DNA of 64,000 bases from Eledone cirrhosa (GCA_964016885.1 OZ024756.1:23560001-23624000), one strand, 5' to 3'. Shown: positions 28,220-44,028, numbered from the stretch's first letter. The notes: generated from the letters alone by a model not told the origin. A program made the numbers and translations.

Positions 28220-28782
28220 CCACCATAACCATCATCATCATCACCATCATCATCATCACTATCATCATCATCACTATCAACATCATCACTATGATCATCA
28301 TCGCTATCAACATCATCACTATGATCATCATCGCTATCGTCGTCATTGTTATCGTCATCGCCATCATTATCATCGCCATCATCATCATGTCCTTCATCAT
28401 CATCATCATCGCTGTCATCGTCATCAACATAACTATCATCATCACCATCATCACCACCACCATCATCATCCTCATCATCATCATCATCATCATCAACATA
28501 ACCATCATTATTATCGTCATCATCACCACCACCATCATCCTATTCATCATCATCATCATCATCATCACCAACATAACCATCATTATTATCGTCATCATCA
28601 CCACCACCATCATCCTATTCATCATCATCATCATCAACATAACCATCATTATTATCGTCATCATCACCACCACCATCATCCTATTCATCATCATCATCAT
28701 CAACATAACCATCATTATTATCGTCATCATCACCACCACCATCATCCTATTCATCATCATCATCATCAACATAACCATCATT

Positions 28783-28831
<49 letters not shown>

Positions 28832-29250
28832 ACAACATAACCATCATTATCATCATCACAATCATCATCATCATCATCAGCATCATCGGCACCTTTCTCG
28901 TGATTCCCTACTTCTCATCATCATCATCATCACCATCATCATCACCATCATCATCACCATCATCACCACCTTTATCAGCATACACTTCTTACTCCTCATC
29001 ATTCACATCATTATCATTTTCATCATCCTTACCATCGCCCCCACCACCGCATAAGGGATTCGATGGACATCATTGATGACAACGACGATTTGTTTGACGA
29101 CGACGATGATGATGATGATGATGGTGATGGTGATGATGGTGGTGATGGTGATGGTGGTGGCGGTGGTGATGATTATAATTGTGATGGTAATAGTGATAAT
29201 GGGGAAAATAACCATAATTATGGTAGTGATAGTGGTGATGTTGATGACAT
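28220..29250. repeat. (CAT)n then (GAT)n tract, with ~60-70 bp higher-order repeats at 28495-28790
   Basis: Unit caacataaccatcattattatcgtcatcatcaccaccaccatcatcctatt(cat)n, 4-5 copies. Confidence 0.9.
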
Positions 29251-29342
29251 TATGAATGTGTGTGTGTGTGTGTATGTGTGTGTGTGTGTATGTGTGTGTG
29301 TGTGTATGCGTGTGTGAGTATATATGTATGTATATATATATG

Positions 29343-29403
<61 letters not shown>

Positions 29404-29523
29404 GCACACACATACATATATGCATGTATATATGTCTTTATATATTCACATATTTTACATACATATCCATATATTTATACACATACGCACATATATATAT
29501 ATATATATATATTATATTCATTG

Positions 29524-29581
<58 letters not shown>

Positions 29582-29714
29582 AATACATATAAAGGCAATG
29601 TCATATACATACAAAAGAGAAATTGTGATATGGATACACAGGCAGACACACACCAACGAATACATTTCGAATGACTAAGAAAAAGAAAAAATAGATAGAC
29701 AGATAGACAGATAA

Positions 29715-29792
<78 letters not shown>

Positions 29793-30141
29793 TGATAGAT
29801 AGATAGATAGAATGAAAAAAAAAAGAAGAAAACATCATTGTCGTGGAGGAAGGGGTGAAGGTGTATATGATTTCAACTTGTGGCTAGAGAGGAAGGAAGT
29901 TAGTATTTTTTGGAGAGGTTTGGTGTGTGAGTTAGCGGTATTAGTGAAAATGATGCTACAGTAAATACAAGAGGGTTTTGTGCCGTAATAGACAAAATGG
30001 CGGTCAGTGAATGTTAAGTGGGCTGTAAAATGAAATAAACTAAACTAAAATATAATGACAAGAAATGGGTGATGGAAAAGGGAGATAAATATTAAAGATT
30101 GAAATTAAGAGGAGAGGGGAAGACAAAGAAATCTGTGTACA

Positions 30142-30262
<121 letters not shown>

Positions 30263-31034
30263 ATATATATATATGTTTCTGTGTGTAAATATATATATAT
30301 ATGTGTGTGTATGTATATATATATATGTCTGTGTGTGTGTATGTGTGTGTGTGTATATATATATATGTGTGTGTGTGTGTATGTATGTATGTGTGTGTGT
30401 GTGTATATATATATGTGTGTGTGTGTATGTATGTATGTGTATATATATATATATGTGTGTGTATGTATGTATGTATGTATGTATGTGTGTGTGTGTATAT
30501 ATATGTGTGTGTGTGTGTGTGTGGTGTGAATGAATGAGAGAAAGAGAACTCCTCCTTTCACCACACACACACACTGAATAAATAAATAAATAAATAAATA
30601 AATATACTGGAAATAAGATGAAAAGGTGAGAGGGGGAGAAGAAAGAAGGGGGAGAGGAGGGGGTAGGAATAAGAATAGAAGAATACAATAAGAATAGAGT
30701 GGAATAATAGAATAGGAGTGAGAAATGTTGTTATTGTTGTTGTTGGTGTTTGGTGGTTGCTGTTATTTTTATTATGTATCGTAGAGTAACAATTTCTGAA
30801 AGGATCAGTAACGTTCTCCTCCTCCCCCCCCCCCCCCCCCATCATCATCATCACCACAAGCAGAATTGTCATCATCATTATCATCATATATGTAGTATAT
30901 GTGTATATATATATTACTCTTTTACTAGTTCCAGCCATCCAGCTGAGACCATGCTGCAGCACCGCCCTTATATATATATATATATATATATATACGATAT
31001 TAATAAATGGAAACTATATTTATAAAACCATATT

Positions 31035-31099
31035 TATTTCATTATACATATTTCAAGGACACCAAGTTAAATTATGGTGTGCTTTCATCAGATAAAATA
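31035..31099 (-). ncRNA. Type I minimal hammerhead ribozyme (family A), left arm of palindrome
   Basis: Minus strand: tattttat-CTGATGA-aagcacacca taatttaact tggtgtcctt-GAAA-tatgta-TA-atgaaata. Confidence 0.87.
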
Positions 31100-31225
31100 T
31101 AATATAGAACAGTTTTATAAATAAATATTGACATACCCTTAAAGAATGGTCCCGGAGCTTCCAACAGAAATGGTCGCATTCTTTAAGGGTATGTCAATAT
31201 TTATTTATAAAACTGTTCTATATTA

Positions 31226-31290
31226 TATTTTATCTGATGAAAGCACACCATAATTTAACTTGGTGTCCTTGAAATATGTATAATTAAATA
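31226..31290 (+). ncRNA. Type I minimal hammerhead ribozyme (family A), right arm of palindrome
   Basis: tattttat-CTGATGA(31234-31240)-aagcacacca...tggtgtcctt-GAAA(31271-31274)-tatgta-TA-attaaata; one mismatch in stem I. Confidence 0.82.
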
Positions 31291-31433
31291 AATATGGTTT
31301 TATAAATATAGTTTCCATTTATTAATATCGTATTTTTACTCCAAATATTTGTTGAGTGCTTTATATCAGTTATAAAAATATTTGCTTGTTGTATCCCAAC
31401 AATTTAAATAGAACTTTAAATGTATATATATAT

Positions 31434-31522
<89 letters not shown>

Positions 31523-31600
31523 CAAGGATAAGCAACACAGGAGAAGAACAACACAATACAATGACGGCGTGTTAATTTAACGCCTCATGGAGTTGCAAAA

Positions 31601-31640
31601 TAGTCGTAATGTTTCGGGCGATTGTCCTTCATCGAAAAAT
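31601..31640 (-). ncRNA. Degenerate Penelope-type hammerhead-like motif
   Basis: Minus strand ttttCGATGAaggacaatcgcccGAAAcattac resembles the CTGATGAAGGG..GCCCGAAACG pattern of PLE ribozymes, but the core is UCGAUGA and the stems are poor. Confidence 0.35.
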
Positions 31641-31816
31641 AAAAAAAGGGGTATGTTTGGAAGAGAGTAGGAAAAGGAACAGAGACGAGAATATGAACTT
31701 GAAAATAATAGAGAGGACACAAAGCACGTGTTATTATTAATCAGCCATACAATAATGTATACATATGTGCATGTGTGTGTGTATTCATACATACATGGAT
31801 ACACACACACAGGTAT

Positions 31817-31888
<72 letters not shown>

Positions 31889-32492
31889 ACATGGCGTACT
31901 GCGTGGTTGCAAATGGGTTACATATGAATAAATTTGGTCCTTCATCAGTGATCTTCCAGCCTTCATTGGTATTTCATTGCTTTAAAGACCACATACCTCT
32001 AGTTGGTGCGAGCAACGGCTAAAGAAAGTCGTTGGGACACGTAAATAGGGGGAACGAGCGAGACAGTAAACAAACAAAGATGGTAATGCAACGAAAAGTG
32101 AGGAAAAAGGAGTCAAGTCCCTGAAATCGATAACATAAGTTCTGTGAAATCGTGGACGAGAGAGAATAAAGACCATCCGACCTGGTCGAAATGCGAGTGA
32201 GGAAAGAATTTCGCACAGGTCAAACGGGAGGAAGAAGGAGAGGGAGTAGCAGAGAGTGAGTGAGTGAAAGTGTGAGGAAGATGGTAACAGAGAGAGTGAC
32301 TGGTAGAGGGGGTAAAAGGAAGTGAGAGATGCGGAGAAAGGGGAAGCAGTAAGAAAGAAACAGACGGGTCACAGCGGAGGAAAATATATAAATATATAAA
32401 AACATGGCGTGCTGCGTGGTTGCAAATGGGTTACATATGAATAAATTTAGTCCTTTATCAGTGATCTTCCAACCTTCAATGGTATTTCATCG

Positions 32493-32528
<36 letters not shown>

Positions 32529-32734
32529 CATATATATATTATACATATACATATACATATATATACATATATATACATATATGAATATATACATATACAT
32601 ATATATACATATATATATACATATATATACATATATATACATATATATACATATATATAAATATATATATACACATATGCATATATATATATATACACAC
32701 ATATACATATATATATATACACACACACACACAC

Positions 32735-32798
<64 letters not shown>

Positions 32799-32940
32799 CA
32801 TATACATATATATTATACATATACATATATATACATATATATACATATATGTATATATATATGTATATATATATATACATGTACATATATATACATATAT
32901 ATATACATATATATATATACATATATATACATATATATAC

Positions 32941-33012
<72 letters not shown>

Positions 33013-33236
33013 ACATACACATATATATATATATATTATACATATACATATATATTATACATATACATATATATACATATATATACATATATGTATATAT
33101 ATGTATACATATATATATACATGTACATATATATACATATATATATATACATATATATATACATATATATACATATATATACATATATATATACACATAT
33201 ATATACATATACATATATATATATATATGTATATGT

Positions 33237-33270
<34 letters not shown>

Positions 33271-33278
33271 ATATGTGT

Positions 33279-33492
33279 GTGGAGGCGCGTGGCTGAGTGG
33301 TTAGAGAATTGGATTCACAATCGTGAGGTTGTCAGTTCGGTTCCTGGACCAGGCGATGCGTTATGTCCTTGAGCAAGACACTTTATTTCACGTTGCTCCT
33401 TCTACCTGGAGTTGCGACTGATAGATAGTATTAGCAATTGGAAAGACCAATGGAAACATTGTTTCCTCGGTCCGATTTGACGAAAGTCGATC
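33279..33492 (+). mobile_element. tRNA-derived SINE
   Basis: A-box-like TGGCTGAGTGG, B-box-like GTTCGGTTCC, then gtccttgagcaagacactttatttcacgttgctcc. Related copies at 41400-41600 (+) and 23520-23735 (-). Confidence 0.75.
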
Positions 33493-34004
33493 GATAAATA
33501 TATATATATATATATAAATATGTATATGTGTATGTATATATATGTATATATAATATATATATATATATGTATATATATGTATATATATATATATATGTAT
33601 ATATATGTACATGTATATATATATATATATGTATATGTATATATTCATATATGTATATATATGTATATATATATATGTATATGTATAATATATATATATA
33701 TATATAGTTCAAATGAAGCATTGTGAGATAGAGTTAAAATTGCTAAAATGTTTTTAGCATATAAAAAGAATTTTTTTTTTAAACAATAATAAAAAAAAAA
33801 AATGTCGCTCCGTTGTTTTCGAGGTGTATTTATATATTAACTACATGGATAAAGAATACAAATATCATGTAATAGATGTATTAGTTTTCAAAATAATGAA
33901 AGTAATGTGTATTCAGTAATGAAAGAAGTTGTAATGCACTGATTCACTTTATGAATATTTTAAAAATGCTGTAGTTATAGTTTATTAAGGATGAACATGT
34001 AATT

Positions 34005-34088
<84 letters not shown>

Positions 34089-34612
34089 ATATATATATAT
34101 ATGTATATGTATATGTATATATATATATGTATATATATGTATATATATATATGTATATATATATATAGTGTATATATATGTATATATATATGTATATATA
34201 TATATATATGTGTGTGTATATATATGTATATATATATATGTATATATATATTTATATTTATATATATATATATGTGTGTGTGCGTATATGTATATATATA
34301 TATGTATATATCTATATATGTATATGTATATGTATATATATATGTATATGTATACATATATGGCTATGAATATGTATATATATATGTGTATATATATACA
34401 TATACACACACACACACACATATACACAAACATACACACACAAACACATGCATACACACATACACACACATATATATACATTTGTGTGGGAGAGAAAGAG
34501 AGAGGGACCATATTCTTTTTATATTTGCAAATGTACTCGCATTATAAAAACGTACTGTAACTGTAAATGGCATAAACATAATTTTTGATTGAAAAAAATA
34601 TATATGTAGACA

Positions 34613-34670
<58 letters not shown>

Positions 34671-35310
34671 TTTATGTGTGTGGGGGCTTGTAGATTCCGA
34701 ATCTCTGATGTTCAATACTTCAAAATCTGAGATCGTTTATTTGTTTGAAGCCATCATAAAAAAAAATGGTTGCCAACAATCCATATTTAAACGAATAATT
34801 CCGAACTTCTGATTGCTATGAAAGATTATTGTTGTTGTTTTTGTTAGTCCCCTGATCAGTTAGGACAGAGAAGAGAAGACCTACAGTTTAGCCACGGTCA
34901 TCTCAACCTTTTGTAAAACAGACACTCTACGATCCAATGCGACTTTTGTTTCTTTAAAATAGTGTCATTTGAGGGAGATTTGGCTGCTATTTCTAGTAGG
35001 TCGAGCAGCCTGGAGGTATGTATATGTAGCATTATCCGTTGGTATGAAAAAAAGGAAAAAGGGAAACAGTCCTCAAATTGAGGTCACAATTTCCATCCCT
35101 CTTACATTCTGGAGATATCAATATTGGGCCTTGAAACCTTAGGTAGGGCTTTTGTTCCGTGTGTGTATGTGTATTTATATATATATATATGTGTCTGTGT
35201 GTCTTTATGTGTATGTGTGTCTGTGTGTCTGTGTGTGTGTGTGCGTGTGTACGTGCGTGTGTGTGTGTGTATGTATATTTGTATATATATATGTGTGTGT
35301 GTGTACGTGC

Positions 35311-35365
<55 letters not shown>

Positions 35366-35397
35366 CGTGTGTGTGTGTGCGTGTGTGTGTGTGTATT

Positions 35398-35457
<60 letters not shown>

Positions 35458-35618
35458 GTGTGTGTGTGTCTGTGTCTGTGTGTCTTTATGTGTATGTATG
35501 TATGTATGTGTGTCTGTGTGTCTGTGTGTGTGTGCGTGTGTACATGCGTGTGTGTGTGTGTGTGTGTATATTTGTATATATATATATGTGTGTGTGTACG
35601 TGCGTGTGTGTGTGTATG

Positions 35619-35665
<47 letters not shown>

Positions 35666-35684
35666 CCGTGTGTGTGTGTGTATT

Positions 35685-35725
<41 letters not shown>

Positions 35726-36968
35726 CTGTGTCTGTGTGTCTTTATGTGTATGTATGTGTGTCTGTGTGTCTGTGTGCGTGTGTACGTGCGTGTGTGTGTG
35801 TGTATGTATATTTGTATATATATATGTGTGTGTGTGTGTACGTGCGTGTGTGTGTATATATATATATGTGTATGTGTGTGTGTGTGTGTGTGTGTACGTG
35901 TGTGTGTGTGTATTTATATATATATATAGATATATATATATATGTATATTAAACAACAATAGTCAGTGATTTTTTCCCATAGACACAAAGCTACAGACTT
36001 CTTTATCGACTACATGACTTGAGAGGTACTTTTTTTTATCGATTCCCGAGGTGGGTATATGGCTAGTATATCGATCACGGCTTGAATAGACGTAACACAT
36101 TAATACAAGTACAACAAGAACAACAATAATAATAACTGTTTGTTTCTAATTTAGGCACAAGTCCAGAAATTTAAGATGAAGGAGAAAGTCGATTAAATTG
36201 ACTCCACTACTTGAGTGATACTGCTTAACAACACTTTAAAGATAAAAGGCAAAATTGACCTCGGCGAGATTTGAACTCAGAACGTTACGAGATGTGTTCA
36301 TTTAACAAAAGAACAACAACAATAATAATGACATCTTCGTGGTTAATTTTAATAAAATGAAAAGCAAGTTCATAAATAAAAAAACAAACAGTAACAAAAG
36401 TTCAAATTATCTCCCTTTCTTTTTTCCTAATTCCCTCTGCTTCACTAAATTTTCAAATTCATACTTAAAGAGAAAAAAAAGAATAATTATTAACGAAGAA
36501 TATCTCTTGTCAGACACTACTTGGTTTAACGAAAGTAATTAAGACATTAATCTCATGTTTCGTTCGCCTACTGCTCCACTTTTAATTAGCGTTTAGAGTA
36601 GAAAAGGAGACACATTATTAAAAAGATATGCAGAACAAGTGAAGAGGGACGAAAATGGTGGACTAAATATTATGACGGCGAAACATTCTTGACACGAATT
36701 GAACAGTGTTATTCGTTAATGGATATTTTAAAATATTATGTCTTCATCTTGGTGTGTCAAATTGACGTTTTTCAACTCGACTCGACTCGACTCAACCATG
36801 CTTTATTTATCTTATCATTATTACTGTTACTATCATCATCATCATCACCATCATCATTAATATTATTACTAGCATAATACCCGTCAAGAATGCCGGAGTT
36901 TATAGTAAAAAAATATTTTATTTAATAATTTCTTGATTAAATCTAGCACAATGTTGTCGCGTAATTGA

Positions 36969-37612
36969 TGGGTTGGCAGTATCGGTAGAGAGTCGGACGC
37001 CATGCTTTCTAGCATAGTTACGTCCCTTTACAGTCTGAGTTCAAATCCCGCCGAGGTTAACTTTGCCTTTCATCCTTACGGGGTCGATAAAATAAAGTAC
37101 CAGTAATGTACTGGGTAATTGCTGGCCTTGTGCCAAAAGTAGAAACAATTATTATTATCATGGCCCATTGGCTTAGTTGGAGGAATCATAGACGGTGGTG
37201 ATCTTGTCTGAAGTTCAATCCTGGTTGGGAGTAGTGTTCCCAGTAAACCTTTTTAGAGGGCGGTGGATTGGCAGTATCGGTAGAGAGTCGGACGCCATGC
37301 TTTCCAGCATAGTTACGTCCCTTTACGGTCTGAGTTCAAATCCCGCCGAGGTTAACTTTGCCTTTCATCCTTACGGGGTCGATAAAATAAAGTACCAGTA
37401 ATGTACTGGGTAATTGCTGGCCTTGTGCCAAAAGTAGAAACAATTATTATTATCGTGGCCCTTTACGTTCTGAGTTCAAATCCCACCGAGGTTAACTTTG
37501 CCTTTCATCGTTACGGGGTCGATAAAATAAAGTACCAGTAACGTACTAGGGTCGAATTAATCTACTTTCCCCTCCCCCCCAAATTGCTGGCCTTGTGCCT
37601 AGAGTAGAAATC
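36969..37612 (+). mobile_element. Cluster of three SINE-like copies (36969-37158, 37258-37453, partial 37460-37612)
   Basis: Near-identical copies. The first two share the downstream junction attattatc(a/g)tggccc. Confidence 0.85.
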
Positions 37613-37677
37613 AACGTAGAGAGGCTAAGCATTGTTTGGTGTGTATACATATATTTAACGTAATTCTCAGGGAAATT

Positions 37678-37782
37678 ATAGAAGTAACCTCTATATTAAA
37701 ATAGATATGTCTATACTCTATTAATGTATTGAGTACTTTTTTCAACTATGGCCACCACCCGATATACATTGGGAATCCATAT
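37678..37782 (+). mobile_element. Family B element fragment (diverged)
   Basis: atagaagtaacctctatattaaa...GTATTGAGTAC(37726-37736)...tatggcc...atacattggg. Confidence 0.55.
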
Positions 37783-37827
37783 ATACAGTAATGAAGGAGT
37801 AACCAATCGTCCTTGTTATCTTTTCAA

Positions 37828-38138
<311 letters not shown>

Positions 38139-38327
38139 GTATGTATATATATATATATATATTTATATATATAAAAGTGTATATATATACACAGGCATTC
38201 ACATACAGACATGCATACACACACACAAACATACACTGATATACACACATATACGCAGGTATGCACACACATGTGCAGACATACACATACACAAGCATGT
38301 ACACATACATACACACACATACATACA

Positions 38328-38359
<32 letters not shown>

Positions 38360-39092
38360 CACATAGATACACACACAAACATACACATACATACATACAT
38401 ACATACATACATACATACATACATACATACATACATACATACATACATACAGACAGACATACATACATACATACATACATGCATATACATATAGATACAC
38501 ACACATACACAAATATACATACAGATACACTGATATACACACATATACACAGGTATATACACACATGTGCAGACATACACATACACAAGCATATATACAC
38601 ACATACACACACACACATACATACATATACGCATAGATACACACACAAACATACATATACACACACACATACATACATACATATACATATAGATACACAC
38701 ACATACACATACATATACACATACATACATAGACATACATACATACATAGAGAGACATGGAGAGCAGACGACTAAACGCTACAAGCACGTTGTTATCCTT
38801 ATTGTCATCGTGTTGATTATGAGTGAGACGCCATGACAGTGGCGTGGCATGATTAGAGTGTCTTTTGGCGGGAAACTCTAGCAAAGGCCAACTACCGCTG
38901 CCTTTTAACGTAATGGAAACAAAATTACCTACCAATTATCTACTAATTACATCATAATTAAGCTATTACTTCTCATACCGACATCTTTCGTCTTCACTCA
39001 CTCCGGCAAAATCCTTTTTATTTATTTATTTTTAATTTTATTTTATTTAGTTTTATTTCTATTTTATTTACTTTCATTTTTATTTTATTTGC

Positions 39093-39245
39093 TTTTATTT
39101 TTATTTTTATTTTTATTTTTATTTTTATTTTTATTTTTATTTTTATTTTTATTTTTATTTTTATTTTTATTTTTATTTTTATTTTTATTTTTATTTTTAT
39201 TTTTATTTTTATTTTTATTTTTATTTTTATTTTTATTTTTATTTC
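39093..39245. repeat. Perfect (TTTTTA)n hexanucleotide array
   Basis: ~25 copies. Confidence 0.95.
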
Positions 39246-39357
39246 TTCTTGTGGTCGTTTGTTGTTGATGATGAGGATGATGATGATGATGGTGTTTTTA
39301 TTGTTGTTGATGTGGTTGTTTGTTTTTTTCTTCCTAACACACTTCACTTCCCCTTTC

Positions 39358-39388
<31 letters not shown>

Positions 39389-39436
39389 CTTTCTCTCTCT
39401 CTATCTCTATCTATCTATTTATCTATCTCTCTGTAT

Positions 39437-39498
<62 letters not shown>

Positions 39499-39602
39499 CA
39501 TACATATATATGATTTATATGTATGTATATGTATATATATATATATATATTGTATACATACATACATACATACATACATACATACATACATACATACATA
39601 CA

Positions 39603-39634
<32 letters not shown>

Positions 39635-39787
39635 CACTCTTAAGCATGTGTGTTAAATATTGTTTTTGTCAAGGATTTAGATGTATGGAAATTATAAGAT
39701 AGGAAAAGGTAATTTTGTTTTGTTTGGATTTTGGGGGGTTTTTTATGATGGCTACTGCTACTGCTGCTACTGCTGCTGCTGCTGCTT

Positions 39788-39830
<43 letters not shown>

Positions 39831-40101
39831 CTTCTCTCTTTCTCTTCTTCTTTTCTTCTTTTACAAACAACTATAATTGATGTATACAGGGACAGCGTGA
39901 AGAGTACGAATTTAAGTACATCCAGACACACACGTATATATATATATATATATATATATACAAACATACAAGCATACCTACATACTTATATACATACATG
40001 CATAAATACATATATATAGAGAGAGAGAGTGAGGAGGGGAGAAGGAGAAATATGGACATTGATATATGTATATTTTTTTATAAATATGTATGTGTATATA
40101 A

Positions 40102-40175
<74 letters not shown>

Positions 40176-40516
40176 AATTTAAGAGGAAATTGATAAACAA
40201 ATCAGAAAAACTCAGAGAAAAAAGAAAATGAAGAAGGGGGGAGGAGGGGGAGAAGGAGAGGAAGAAGAAAAAGGAGAAGGATGAGAAGGAGAAGAAGACA
40301 AAATAATATTAGAGAAAATAATTCAAACATACAATCGAATAAAATCTAAAACAACGACAACAACAACAACGACAACAACATCAACAAGACCCCGCCCCTC
40401 CTTTTTAATCACCCCCAGCGCCACCCCACCCATTAGCTGTCAACAACAACAGTGACAGCAGCAACAATAAGAAAAACGAAAATTAAAACAACAACGCCAA
40501 CAACTACAATATCAGC

Positions 40517-40517
40517 A

Positions 40518-40551
<34 letters not shown>

Positions 40552-40557
40552 TTACTT

Positions 40558-40602
<45 letters not shown>

Positions 40603-40608
40603 TTACTT

Positions 40609-40675
<67 letters not shown>

Positions 40676-40798
40676 AACAACAACTACTACTACTACTACT
40701 ACTACTACTACAAATGCTACTACTACTACTACTACAACTACTACTACTACTATTACTACAACTACTACTATTACTGCTACTACTACAAATACTACAAA

Positions 40799-40843
<45 letters not shown>

Positions 40844-40878
40844 TACTACTACAACTACTACTACTACTACTACTACAA
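40517..40878. repeat. (ACT)n trinucleotide array
   Basis: Directly visible. Confidence 0.95.
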
Positions 40879-41089
40879 TAAACAACGATAGTAACAACAA
40901 TTACAGCACCTGCGACATTATCATCATCAACAACAGCTACAATAACGACAACAACGACATCTACTGCCACAAGAAGAAGTGATGTGGGGGAAGAAGAGGC
41001 TGGCTGGGAAGAATTAGCTTCCCACCGGATAAACTGTTTAATATAGCAAATAGCTGTAATTTGTGTTAATGTCAGATAATACAAGACTT

Positions 41090-41405
41090 CACGTGGAAAT
41101 CTCGTGGATGTGATGTTTAGCAGACAATTGTTCTACAAAGTCTCGCGTGGATGTCATGTTTAGCAGATAATACATTCTGCAAAGTCTCGCATAGATATTA
41201 TAAAAAGTAAGCAATTGTTCCACAAAGTCTCGCCTAGATGTGATGTTTAGCAGACAACACTTCTACAAAGTCTCGCGTGGATGTGATGTTTAGCAGACAG
41301 TCACTCTACAAAATTTCGCGTGGATGTGATGTTTAGCAAACAATCACTCTACAAAGTCTCGCGTGGATATGTGGATGTGCTGTTTAGTAGACAGTCATCC
41401 ACAAA
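41090..41405. repeat. ~41-43 bp minisatellite, ~7 copies
   Basis: Unit caaagtctcgcgtggatgtgatgtttagcagacaa...tcta. Confidence 0.9.
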
Positions 41406-41600
41406 TTATGGGTTCGATTCCTTGACTGGATTGCGTGTTGTGTTCTTGAGCAAAACACTTCATTTCACGTTGCTCCAGTATACTCAGTAATAGCCTGTCG
41501 GTTTTAACCTAACGATGGATTGGCGTCCTCTCCCTCACAGAAACCGAGATAAACCCCGGCCTGGTGAGCTTCCAGGCTCGAGACAGACTTTAGACTTAAA
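41400..41600 (+). mobile_element. tRNA-derived SINE, 5'-truncated
   Basis: gggttcgattcc...gtgttcttgagcaaaacacttcatttcacgttgctccag. Confidence 0.7.
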
Positions 41601-41955
41601 CAGTTGTTTGTCCGTCTGTCTGTCCCCCATCCCTGTTCGTCAGTATGTCGTCTGTCTGCCTTTCAGTCTGTCTCTTTCTCTCCTCTTTCTCATCTATACT
41701 TTGCTTTCTCAACTTTTCTTATATGTCTCACTGTATTTCTCTACTTAATGTCAGATAATCTGTCTATCTATCTGACTATCTATCTATAGATAGATAGACA
41801 GATTATCTGCCCCTGTGGCTAATAAAGAAACATATCTATCTATAGATATCTATTTATTCGTCTATATAATTATCTATCTATTAACCTGCCTATCTGCCTA
41901 TCTATTTGCCTACCTCGAAATCTATCTACCTATCTACTTACCAATCTAGTCACCT

Positions 41956-41989
<34 letters not shown>

Positions 41990-42055
41990 CTATCTTTTAT
42001 CCCCTTCTTTTGTGCCCCTGTGGCTAATAAAGAAACATATCTATCTATCTCTCTG

Positions 42056-42157
<102 letters not shown>

Positions 42158-42252
42158 CACACACATATATACATACACACACACACACACACACATATAT
42201 ATGTATATATATATATACATACACACACACACATATATATATATACACACAT

Positions 42253-42372
<120 letters not shown>

Positions 42373-42841
42373 GTATGTATATATACAAACATACACTAAT
42401 GATTGCGTGTGTGTGTGTCAGAAAAATAGGTATTACTTCCAGTGTCATACCTCCCCCCCCCCCATACACAAATAAAAATGAAGTAAAATAAAATAATGCA
42501 ACAAAACCGTAGTTGCTGTAGGGGAGGGGGTGACGGTAAAAGAAGATTGACAATTTGGAATGGAGTCACATACATATACAGACATATATATATATATATA
42601 TACACATAAATATATATACACACACATATATATATACACACACATATATATATACACACACATATATATACACACACACAAATACATATACACACACATA
42701 TATATACACACACATATATATATACACATACACAAATACGTATACACACACACATTTATATATATATATACACATAAATACATATACACACATATATATA
42801 TATACACACACACAAATACATATACACGCACATATATATAT

Positions 42842-42882
<41 letters not shown>

Positions 42883-43901
42883 AATACATATACACACACA
42901 TATATATATACACACATATATATATACACACATATATATACACACATACAAAACATATAGTCTCTTTCAAATCGTTTTTCTTTCATTCATACTGCTTCCC
43001 CTCCCTTCCTCTCTCTCACTCTCTCTCTCTTCTCACTATCTCTCTCCTCCTCCCTCTCAATCTTTGTCACTCCATCTCTCTCATCTCATCCTCTCTCTCT
43101 CTCTCTCTCTCACTCATCATTTTCCTACCTCTCCCTTTCCATCTCACACCATTCATACTATTTCTTTCTCTCCTTATTCACTCTCTCTCTCTCTCTCTCT
43201 CCCTCCCTCTCTGTCAATCCTTCTCTCTCACTCTTCCTCCCTCCCTCTCTGTCAATTCTTCTCTGCCTCTATCTCTCACTTTTGATCATCATCATCTCTC
43301 TCTCCTTCTCTCTCCCTCTCCCCATCTCCCCATCTCCCCCCCCCCTCCATATGACCCTCTCTCTCTCTCTCTCCTTACCTCTCTCCCTCCCTCCCCCTCT
43401 ATCTCCCTTTCTCTCTCCCCTCTATCTCCCCTCTCTCTCCCCCTCTCTCTTCGTCTCTCTCTCCTTCTCTCTCTCCCTTTCTCTCTACCTCTCTCCCCCT
43501 CTCTCCACCCCTCTCTCCCTCTCTCACTATCATCATCTCCCTACCTCTCTCCTCCTAACACATGCTATTTGTCTTCACCACCACCACCACCACCATCACT
43601 ACCGCTACCTTAGCCGCCGCCTTAGTAGCAAGGACACAAATAAAAAAATCTTTCAAAACCCATCAACTGTTATATAGGCTTTCCAAATATTCGAGATATA
43701 TTCCAGAAAATCACGAAATAACGCAATACTTTCTGTGTTTGTGTTTGTATGTTTGTTTGTATGTGTGTGTGTGTGTGTGTGTTTCTATGTGTGTGCGTGT
43801 TCTATGTGTGTGTGTGTGTGTATGTCCATCTATCGATATCTCCGTCTTTATAAACACATACATCTATATACGTACGTATATATATATATATATATATGGG
43901 G

Positions 43902-43948
<47 letters not shown>

Positions 43949-43952
43949 ATAG

Positions 43953-44028
<76 letters not shown>

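Larger units (their letters stand above)
30993..31332. mobile_element. Foldback element with two inverted hammerheads (family A)
   Basis: 156 bp near-perfect inverted arms (30993-31148 / 31177-31332) and a 28 nt loop; starts at a (TA)n tract. Confidence 0.85.

Noticed and set aside
33279-33355. tRNA gene
   Set aside because: A- and B-box-like motifs are present, but there is no convincing cloverleaf and the sequence continues into a SINE body.
41090-41405. CRISPR-like regularly spaced repeats (also 14507-15650 and 46230-46512)
   Set aside because: Units are contiguous tandem copies without unique spacers; eukaryotic context and no cas genes.
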